From positions 28,193,673-28,257,672 of the forward strand of contig OZ037766.1 in assembly GCA_964035545.1 (NCBI GenBank): a stretch of 64,000 nucleotides of DNA, in the 5' to 3' direction. Below are positions 41,101 to 53,100 of this stretch, piece after piece (position 1 is the first letter of the stretch; each line of letters begins with the position of its first letter). The DNA comes from Bugula neritina. Lineage: Eukaryota; Animalia; Bryozoa. Made by a program: the position numbers and the translations under genes. Below the pieces are notes generated by a model that made no database searches, had not been told where the DNA came from, and saw nothing but the letters and a program-made list of their open reading frames with translations.

Positions 41101-44100
41101 CTATAATTTTATGTTTTTTGGGGAATGTACTAGAAAAAATTTTCTATCTCTATCATTGATACTTTTGCAACATTAATGTCTAATATAATATTATAGTAAC
41201 ACTGCAGACTAGTTAATTTTAGAGCTCACTAAAATTTGCAACAAAAATAAATGCACACAAATGCCTCTTTATTTTCATTGTAATAATTTGTTTAAATCCA
41301 TTGTGATGCGAAAAGAATTGCCACTCTGCTTGGTTAAGAAGTTAATTACTTTGTTAGCTAACTTTTGTTGTTGAAATTGGAGCCAGTTTGAGCACTGGAC
41401 TATTAGATAGAAGGACTTAGAAATAAAACTTGAATAGCTGAGCATGTGTGGTGTGACAACATAATGGCTGAACTACATTTTAAACTCAAAAGAAAGCACC
41501 TAAATGTGAGTCTGGCTGTTAGAGTTGATTTAGTTCGTCAAATGTTGTGTATTATTTATCTAGCCTAGAATGTAAATAGAGAACTATTCATCTATCTTCA
41601 TCATTTTTAATTGTGACTTCAGTATTAGCAACTTAGATGTTAGTTAAAAACTGTGTTATGTGATTAATTTGTTTATTTTGGTTTTTATTTCACAATCAAA
41701 TATTGTTTTATCTCTACTACAAGACAATGCCATTGATAGATTCCAGCCTTCTACTCACAGCCTGTATTTAGTTTATATAATCTCTAGAGATTAATTTTTT
41801 CTCACATATAATATGCTGTCCATCTTAGTTGAGCTGCATACAAAAAGTTGTATATATAATAGTTAGTGGGTTGTTAAGGGTCATCCATTACTTGATTGAT
41901 GAAATTCTAGATGACTTATACCAATTTCTATACAATCAGTTTGATTCAACTCATTTAGTGATTTCCTACAAAGACTGGTCTTCTTTGAAATGAAATCTTG
42001 ACATTGCAATTTTTGTGCTGTTTTCAGAAATATAGTACAGGAGTACCCAATGGTTTTGGACCTTCCTCTTATGCAGATCACCACCATCATTCCAGTCTAC
42101 CTCCTAGTTCCAGATCTGACTATAATGGGACAACTACGAGACGATCCCGCTCTTCCCATTTTTCCGCTTCTCCTGAAAGGGTAGGCTTGCATTTACACAA
42201 ATCTTTTTTCTGACATGTGCTATTTTAAGTTTTTTTTCTTTAATAAAAGTTTCTTTTTATCATTATTGATGGATCTAAGGACATTTTATTCAACTGTTGT
42301 TTTAAGATTTTGAACTGCTGTTTTAGATCTTTTATTGGTGAAAAAGGTTTCTCCGTTCCATGCTACAACCATGATATAACTAGAATTCAAACTCTCTTAA
42401 CTTTTGGCATGTATTTTATAGTAAGACTAGTCTCATTCAATCAAATGTATTTCAGAGTTATAATGGATACGGTACTATGAGTGACTATGGGGGGACGCGT
42501 AGAAACTCTCGCTATTCAACAATGAGATCAGATACTGCAGGAGAGTGGCAATACTTCGGTCCAAATGAGGTTCCTCAGCCAAAAAGTAGCTTAAGAAGAC
42601 CTGTTCACACTTCTAGTTACACTGACCACCATGGACCTGCAAATACCAGGTAAAAGTCTATCAAGCTGATAAGTTTATATAAAGTATGTATGTATCTAGT
42701 TTGTCCAAAGTGATAGCTATGCTGCATTAGTGTTGTCAAAGTTGAATCTCGTTGATATAGATGGAGTAGAGTGATGAGTCATATGGATATAGCTTCACTC
42801 ACATTTATATTGCCTTAGTTGATTGAAAAATCATATTGATATAACTTATGTATAATTTTCTACCAAGCAGTAGTTTACTCAGTTAGTATGCATCACTACA
42901 GATAAGTATTCACCACACAAGCATGTGCTTTATGCTAAATTATGCTGATGTTCATCTATGTTCATATACTTCATTCATAAACTACTATCAAATATGTATG
43001 AGTGATGAAAATTATGTCTAAACTAAACTTTTTCATGTTAAAACAGTAAGTAATAGCATATCATATTGTAAAAGAGTTGGCCCAGTTCTAGTGGTATGAC
43101 ATTAGTTAACAGTTATATTGTCAGGTAACCATGTAATCTCTTTTGTAGAACTGTGTATAGGTCCAGCCAATCAGATTACGGAGTCCCTGTGTCGAGAAGG
43201 TCAAGGTCACATCACGGTGGTGCTCTGTCTGATTACGGTGGAAGCACTCATTCTCTTAGAATAGTGAAGAAAGGATCTAGTGTACCTAGGGTGTGTACTG
43301 GCAACAAACAAAATCGTATAGCATATGCAATTGGTACATAAATAATTTTTTAGAACCTTCTTATTTTTGGAGAAAGCTGTGAAAATCAAATCTTCTTTTA
43401 AATGTCTGACTAGGTACTTGTGTAGCACAACGTTCCTGTAAACTGATTGGCTTCAAGTCAGCTAGTTAAGTTTCAAGTTTGTCTCTTAGTGGATCTTTTT
43501 ATAGTCAAAGCAGCTGCCATTTTATTTAGTCTTTCGATACTTAAACTGCTCTAGTATATCATGTTGTTTATACATATTGTCAAACAACTTCATTTTTCAC
43601 TTTTTTTAAATGCTAGATGGTGTGGCTTTAAAATGGCTATGCAGGAATCTCCAATATAAATTCTGAAGTTATCTATTTATGCACTCTTTACAGAATGGTT
43701 ATGCCAGCTCAAGTGATGAAAGTTATCATCAAGATGCCACTATGATTAGATCAACTTCACTGCCCCGGAGGCAGAACAAAAACTCCATGGTGAAGAAGAC
43801 AGTGAGACGTATGATGAGCCGACAAGATGGCAGCCCAGCTAGTAGGTGTTCCAGTTTGTAGTTGGCCCAGTTTGTATTTGATCTAGTTGTAGGTGGTCCA
43901 GTTTGTAGTTGGTCCAGTTTGTATGTGATCTAGTTGTAGGTGGTCCAGTTTTAGGTGGTCCAGTTTGTAGGTGGTTTGTCAAATAAACGAGTCATTCAGT
44001 AAGTGGTTCATTATGTTTTTATAATATTGTACTCCAGTGGTGAATCACCAATCATTAAATTAGTCATTGTACTTGGTTTGTTAATTTAGTTATTTATTTC

Positions 44101-47100
44101 AAGTTTTTGGTTTGAGTCGTAATGTTTTATAATACACAAGGTTAGTGCAACAGGTGTATTTAAAGGAAGTAAAACTATGCTAACAATTTTTAAGTAGCTA
44201 TATAGTTCTGTTATGCACTTTATTCGCTACAGATGACCGACAAAGCTAGTTTGTAAGTTTTAAGTGTTTGCAATTAGGTTGCCTAGCAACATTTGTCACC
44301 AGTTTTTGTGTTGCTAAGGTAGCCTGTTCTAGATCCATAAAAATGTAATTAGGGTAATACATTGTAAGGTATATGATAACAAGACTGTTTATAGTTGCCA
44401 GATATTTTGGCTTCAGTCTACTCAAATTCTAACTTACCATTAACTTCTATACATAATTTGGTTTGTTTTAGAATTCTAAGCTATTGAGGTTAATCTATCA
44501 CTAGCGCATACTGTGTAACATTCATAAATATGTAATTTAAACATTTCCAAGGCATTTCTGTGTTTGCTTATTCAATATTTTTTGTTATGATGGATCAGTC
44601 AACTATGATTTCATTTATGTTTTTTATACATTTCATGCTGACAAGCTAAAATATCATTATGTTTTGACATGTAATGATCTGTTAAGTCTCAAGTTACAAA
44701 AGTTTCATTTGACTATAATTGTTAGTAAAAATACAAACCGATCACTACTTATGCTATTACATTGACAGTAGGTCTTGAATTGTACAGCATACAGTTACTG
44801 TTAAGAGTTGTCTTCTCCTTAGGAAGTGAGCCGCAGAGGATTGTGGTCCAAGAGCCGCACACTCCAGAAAGGATTTCTGTGTTCATACAAGATGAGCCAG
44901 ACAATGTTCCTGATAGGGCTAGTCGTACTATGTCTTTGGGTCGGGACTCGAACCGGCAGCGGTCAGTGAGTAGAGATACGCTACAGAGAACTCCTGGCAA
45001 GGTAGACTAAAGTTCAGTAGTTAAGTTACTGAAGCTTTCCTTAACAGATCAAACTATGTATACTAAACTATGTATTGATATGAAGTATAATATCATTGGA
45101 GAAAGCAGTGCAATGTGAAACATATTAGTTATGTATTATTGTGTATAGGCAGTTATAATATATTAGAGTTATATAACTACTAAAGAGACTAAACTCTGTA
45201 AATGTATACTACACCGTGTATTGTATGGAATGTAATACTATTTGAGAAAGTGACTATGTGGAATTTGACGTATGTAGTTAAATGCAATGCTAACATATAA
45301 CTACTTATATATTGGTGTTGTACCGAGTTTTTTAATTTTTTTGAGTGAGTGTCTACAATAAAACATGTAATTTTATAGTCAAACTGGTATTGCTCTGTCA
45401 TAAATTTCAGTTTCATTGAAATTACTTGTGCAATTTTTTCTCAATACTTTTTTTTATTGTGCACAGTACATTGCTTACAATGTCTGGCATGTTATGCACT
45501 GAATAAAGTGTGTATCTTATATAAATAATATTTACATAATATTATTCTTATTTACATGAAGTATAACATTACTCTCTGATTGCAGATACACACAATACAG
45601 ACATTGACCAGAGAGAAGTCCAGTACAAATGGGCACAGCTATGCATCTAAACAGGAGAGTGCAGCCAGGCCTTTGCAGGTAAAATATTAGCCATATACTG
45701 CACATGAGCAGTTTTTACCTGCTGCTAACATGCACAACTGATCTTCATAATTATTATATGGGATAAGTTATTTAACACAGCCTTTCTTCAAGTTTGATAC
45801 AGGCTCTCTTCAAAATCTGAAATTAGCGAAAAATTAAAATTTTGAAGATGCATAAGTGGTTATCTGCAGCAGATGGGCATAAGTAACCTATTAACTATTG
45901 TGATCTTTATATTTAGTAACAATAGAAGTAGTTGACAACTCCAAAATCTATTTACTCGATTGCTGATAAACATAATTATATTTATTATTGTTTTTTTTGT
46001 TATAAAAATTTTAAATTATACATATGTAAATTTTGAGAAAATAATTATTTCACTATAGGTTGATTGCTATATCTCATTAAAATTTATAGCAAACAATAGA
46101 ATTGAATATGACTTCTACAACAGAATATTCTTATTAAAACTTTATTATTTTGAATTTCATAGTTTTTTATATATTTATATCAAGCTAGTAATGGCATATA
46201 AACAGTAATATCTGGTGAAAAAATATTTAAAACTAATAGAATGCCAAAATATTTAAAATTAACCTAATGTTGATTTGGCTCTGTTGCTCTCTTTGGAGAG
46301 AATGTTCTGGAAAAAAACGTAACAACCGTCGCTTATCATGGGAAATCATAACAAATAAATTCATTATGTGATGACTTACTTTTTAAGCAACATTCTTGTT
46401 ATCCATCACACTTCACTTTCTGTTACATGCAGGAGTGTAATAATTTCTTAACTTTTAGGCACTTGAATTAGGTTGTCTTTTAAAAAAAGGCGTTTTTGTA
46501 GAAGAGCATAGAACATTACACACTTATACATTCAGTCAGGTTGACATGTGCACATTGCAATACTAATAATATAATTATGTATATTGCCTGTTGTATTTGA
46601 GACTTTTACTGTAGCTCTGAGGCTTATTCCGATGTATTTTAGGTGTCAACTGTAGTAAAGAAAGAGCAAGTAACCAATCAGCAGTCACATGTTCCTCAAG
46701 CACAAGTCACAACTGGTCACACAACTGGTCACACAACTGGCCACACAACTGGTCGCACAACTGGCCATACAACTCACTCCTTTTCTAACCCAGCTGTGAG
46801 AGATGAGACTTATGTCAACAAAGTTTTCCAACAGAACGATTTACCTCCTCAGGTGTGTTCCTCTTCTTATAGCTAGTAGGTGTGGTGTAGCAATGTTTTT
46901 GGCATTCGATTAACGCTTGGAAGATGCAGACTACTATAATATTTTAGCCACATAAAGCCCATAGTCTAATTTGTCTTTAGAAGTTAATGTTTATGTTCAC
47001 AAATTAAGTTTTTAGCTGCAAGTAAATCAAATCATCTACCTTTACTCTAATATACTCTTTTAGTATCTCACTACAAACAGATTATATAACTTCCGGATTG

Positions 47101-50100
47101 CTTTTACTTTCTATCTCTAACTCAATAGCTGTTATCTAATCTACTTGTAGCTTAAAGTTCCTAGTAGGAGCTTCAAATACTAATTATATTTGTTTTAGTC
47201 TAAGGAGACATTTAAGTGTGGAGTGATTCAAGTAGAAGACCCGCCTGCCCCCACCCCTAAACCGGCTCCAAGGCAGGATCTGCACAAAACTAGAATCAAC
47301 TTTGTCAGCAGTGAAATACCAGCTCAGCCTGTGAAACATCATTCAAAGATTGACTTGCAGGTAGGGGCGGTCTACGGAAACCCACAGATTCTTAGGTTAT
47401 GCCTGTCAATAACTTTGCTAAATATAATGCGTTGCTATAACACTGCCTATCACACAGTGTTACTAGAAACACATTAATAGGTTGTGTTGATATAATTTGT
47501 CTATCAATATGCTATCTGTTTTCTTATGCCTTTAACCAACGTTTTTTAAATAGCCCTCACACTACTACTTTATAACAACGTTACTCACAATTTCTTATTG
47601 TATACATTATACTAATTATTTGGCTAACTATTATACTAACTACTGTCCTAACAGAAATTGTATATAACTATTACTCTTTCTAACTTTCTAACTATGAGTG
47701 TTACTGTTAACCACTGCTGAGTCGAATTTCCATGCCAGCCAATCACTCACAGTTTTATATACTCAGAGTTTTGTAATTCTACCATTTATTACATAGATAT
47801 CAGAGTATATTAACATAAACATAGTCAAGGTAAAAACTACCTCACCTTAAATTTGATTACCAGAAATGTGCTGGCTTTCTTTTGGTACTTTTGTTAAGCA
47901 GTTTGCATCCTGGGGTTTGTTTGTGTATCATATGTAGATATTCATTGGTTGCTTCTTCTTAAAAGCAATTTCTAGCAGCAGCTTTAGCGTATCAACATTC
48001 ACCTGCATATTGCCCTGTCTCTTACAACTTTTTTAAAATCTGAAGTTATTTCACTTGTTTTTATTCAAAACTTTAGCGTGCTTATCTTAAAACATATTAA
48101 CTGTACTTCTACAAAAAATACTTGATTGACAGCAGCTTGGTTAACAATGAACTCACGGCACTCACTTGTTTGTTATATTTCTGAAAATATAAATTTTTGT
48201 TCTCTTTATATTTTGTAATTATACAAACAATAATATTGAAATACTAGTCAGATTTTTAGTTTCATTGCATCACTAGACTCTCAAAAAAGCAATTTTGAAT
48301 ACAATAGCCAGCAATTTTTTACTACTTGAGTAGCTTTTTAAAACATATTCACCTGTTTCTACTGGTAATCACTGACGTTCTACTAACATTAGATCATTTC
48401 CTAAACTGCACAAACTCTAATTAAGCACTTGGTCTATGCCCTGCTATTGTCACATCCATCAATTATTTTGGTTTCCTCACACAGCCTAAAATAATTTACC
48501 CCGAAAAGCTGGTAATGGAAGGGAACAGGTTTCATGCCGGCAGACTAACTATTGAAGAAGTTAGATATACTGTGGGCACATTTGTAAGGCGCCTTCCTGT
48601 TCAGGATGCACTGATTTATCCACAGCATATAGAGTACGGGTCAGCTCTGCCTCCTCCCGAGGTTGGTCCGTGTGCCAAGCGTGGAACACACTCTACACAC
48701 TCACTTCTGCACACACTCTGCACTCTCATATCTGCACTCTCACCTCTGCACACACTCTGCACTCTCACCTCTGCACACACTCTGCACTCTCACCTCTGCA
48801 CACACTCTGCACTCTCACCTCTGCACACACTCTGCACTCTCACCTCCGCACACACTCTGCACTCTCACCTCTGCACACACTCTACCCTCTCAACTCTGCA
48901 GACACTCTGCACTCTCACTCAAAATATTTCTTATGTTCACAATCGTTGGTTAACTTATTTAACTTTGCATCAGTATTAAAATTTGCTACTTTTGTAAAAG
49001 CAGTTAGTTTTTTTTATTTTCTTCAACTATAAATTTATCCTAATACAATAAGCAATTTAATAATCATTATAAAAATGTGGTATCTGCAACACAATACTGC
49101 AACAAAAGAGCACATGCAACGCACTTACAACACTCAGTGTGCACATATTTGTGGTTTGTTCTACTGCACATGTTGAATACCCAGGAATTCATCATAATAA
49201 AATTCTAGTGTTTTTTATTACATAATTTTTATTTATAATTAAGTTCTAATTACAGATTACCTAGTCATTTGTGTGAACAAAAAGAGATATCATAGAATTG
49301 TTTATACTGACACTCTACTCAATTTTGTAAATCTGCTCATTGTTAAAGTTTTGTCTTGTTATGACACTAGTCCTGGTCTATGAAACAGAGCTAGTGTGGT
49401 CATGGGTTTAAAGAGATGAACTACTCAATCAGCTTTGTAATTTTTTTTAATAAAGCTATACATTGCTGCTTGCAACTTGCTCCTTGCTAGCTGCATGAGG
49501 TGCTTATATGTCCCACTATTCTGTTGTTTCTAACTAATAGTTTTTGTCATGATATAAGTTTACAGCTACTCATTTTGAGAGGAAAATGGATGGTCCTACT
49601 ATAATATAGTATAGAGTATAGAATATATACCATCCCTCTTTCTTTAAAATTGAGTTGGTATAAACTAATATATTATATTGTATTTATTATATTGTGCTAG
49701 TAGTTAATGGTAAATAATAATCACAGATATGGAATGGTATATAAGTATAGATTTAATTTTCTTTGTTGTTTTTTAGCCAGTGAAATCTGCAGATGTTATC
49801 GACTATCCAAATCAATCTGCAGAAAAAACTAAGAAATCAAAGAAAAGTAAAAAGAAAAGTAAATTTGAAGAAGATGAGGTAAAGTCTCTTTCTCTCATAT
49901 TACTCTCATATTACTCTCATATTACTCTCATATTACTCTCATATTACTCTTATATTACTCTCATATTACTCTCATATTACTCTCATATTACTCTCATATT
50001 ACTCTCATATTACTCTCATATTACTCTCATATTACTCTCATATTACTTTCATCTTACTCTCATATTACTCTCATATTATTCTCATATTACTCTCATCTTA

Positions 50101-53100
50101 CTCTCATATTACTCTCATATTACTTTCATATTACTTTCATATTACTCTCATATTATTCTCATCTTACTCTCATCTTACTCTCATATTACTCTTATATTAC
50201 TCTCATATTACTCTCATATTACTCTCATATTATTCTCATATTACTTTCATATTACTCTCATATTACTCTCATATTATTCTCATATTACTCTCATATTATT
50301 CTCATCTTACTCTCATCTTACTCTCATATTACTCTCATATTACTCTCATATTACTCTTATATTACTTTCATATTACTCTCATATTACTCTCATATTACTC
50401 TCATATTATTCTTATATTACTCTCATATTACTTTCATATTACTCTCATATTACTCTCATATTATTCTCATCTTACTCTCATCTTACTCTCATATTACTCT
50501 TATATTACTCTCATATTACTCTCATATTACTCTCATATTATTCTCATATTACTTTCATATTACTCTCATATTACTCTCATATTATTCTCATATTACTCTC
50601 ATATTATTCTCATCTTACTCTCATCTTACTCTCATATTACTCTCATATTACTCTCATATTACTCTTATATTACTTTCATATTACTCTCATATTACTCTCA
50701 TATTACTCTCATATTATTCTTATATTTCTCTCATATTACTCTCATATTACTCTCATATTACTCTCATATTATTCTCATCTTACTCTCATATTACTCTCAT
50801 ATTATTCTTATATTACTCTTACATTACTTTCATATTACTCTTATATTACTCTCATATTACTCTCATATTATTCTTATATTACTCTCATATTATTCTCATA
50901 TTACTCTCATATTACTCTCATATTATTCTTATATTATTCTCATATTATTCTCATATTACTATATCAGGAGCTCTATTCCTTGGAAGATTCACATGAATAA
51001 ATTGTCCATCGTGAACTTTCATGCATTTAATAGCACTAGTCAAGTTTAGAAGTAACACAGTGATTTTATCTTATGAATTTATATATTTAGTCACTAGCTA
51101 ACACAACTCTACGGTCATGGTTAACACGAGATGGTAACAAGGTATTGGTGTTTCATTTTTTAATTATATAATGCTTCCCAATTGGCACCCTTTCCCATAC
51201 TCCATGCTACACTCCATGTTACATGTGAGTGTGTTGATGTAACCTCTACCACCATATTATTTTCTTACATGTAGTTAGTTTAAATATTTCCCATGTTTCT
51301 TAGAATTAGTTTTCTATTTAGCTTCAATCTAAATTTAAACCTTTAACTGATTGAACAATATTCTCACACAAGTTTATAGTCACCATCCCTGTGAGAAACC
51401 CCTGATGAAAAGGGATTTTGTTAGAGCGGGCTAAGGACTTGTTCAGATGAGGCACAAGAGCAATTATATGATTGGATACTATTCTTAACATCACCAATGG
51501 CCTTTGTAGGCTCGAACCCATGACTACGTGTTTACTATGCCAACATTCTAACCCCTAGACCACTACTGATTAAACAATATTGCTCACTGCAAAATAATTA
51601 TCACATGCATGTGTAAGAGAAATTCTTCAAGAATTTTTACTATAATTCTAATATTGCTAATTTTGCAAATGGCAGCTACTGTTATTTGTTACGTTGAAAG
51701 TTTCAAATATGCTGTATCATTCCCATAACTATGATTGTTAAGGTATTTATTTCTTTTGCTGTCAGTATTTTGAGGAGGTGCATGTACAAAAAGCTCCATC
51801 ACCATCTCAAAGTGAAAGTGAAGAGGAGACAACTACAACTAAGAAAACCACCAAGGTCTGTATAGTGTATATGTTTACCCGTATGATGTTATGTCTACCT
51901 GTATAGTGTATATGTTTAAATTTGTAGTGTGTGTGTATGTTTACCTGTATAGTGGATATATGTTTACACATGTATAGTGTATATGTCTATATGCATAGTG
52001 TATATGTTCACATATAATAATGTTATATTATGTTATATTTCTGATTAAAGGTTGTAAGGTACATTCAAGAACCTTTTCACTTGACTGCACCTAAACCAAA
52101 ACCCCAAAAAGAAGTTGAAGAGATTACGGAGACAACAAGTATGTATTGTGGACATCATTGACAATGTAATATAGTAATTGCTGATTGTAATGTAATGCCT
52201 TATGCAACAAGAGTCAGATTGGTGTAGATTTGTAGTGTAATGGTATGCGGTACAGTGTAATATAACATAAATTACTCTTTTGTAATGATAGCCAAGTTGT
52301 TTTGTATCACAGGTACAATAGTGGGTAAGTAAAAGTATATTCCAGCCATATTTGTTTGTGTTTTTTGTTATGATTGTGTAATATTAGGCACGCTTCGTAT
52401 CCTTCCACTTATGCATAGTAGGCTAACAAGAAAGTAACCTAGATGGTTAAAGCATTGCAAGTAGAGATTATAGTATTCTGTTAAATAATGGAAAAAAAAT
52501 TGAAGATTGCATGTACCAATCTAAGTATATGCATCCTGAAGCACTAAAAACTTTACCAGCACGTCTACCCGCAGTTAGAATGTATCTTTAAAGTTGATGT
52601 CTGATTTTACTGCCGCTTAAAAAATGTGATTTTCTAACAAGTTAAGATAAAAAATTATTACAAATATAATGATGCTATTTTTTTAAGAGAAGTTTCAGCT
52701 ACTAGCCAAATAAAAAGGTGAGAATTTAACAGACCTTTTATTTATTATTAGTAAGAATTAACGTAAACTACTAGCTAGATAAAATTATAATTTCTAAAGC
52801 AGTAATGAAAGAGGTCACAGTTTTATTAACTTATCATTAGTGTTATAGAGTAGCAGCTTTAGTATAGTAAGTTTAGTTACCTCTGTGATAATTTAAAATC
52901 TGTAAACACAAAATATTTTCTTTATAGCTTTAGATTTATTCTAGAATATTTTACTTTTAGTCCAAGAGATTTATTCGGACATGTCTCCTGAAAGACAGAA
53001 AACTTTCTCCGAGTTGACTAAAACAGCTCTGGGTCGAACTGAGCAGACAACAGGAAACTTCTTTACTGGGAAAGATAATAAATCACTCATCACTGAAGCT

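Noticed and set aside
48662-49032. His/Leu/Thr-rich ORFs in all three frames
   Set aside because: These are translations of the 25-bp intronic minisatellite.
49780-51000. 406-aa ORF with (SYYSHITLILL)n that looks like a multi-pass membrane protein
   Set aside because: Only 49777-49878 is an exon (donor GAG|GTAAAG). The rest is an 11-bp satellite that lacks G and TAA on this strand, so it cannot contain stop codons.
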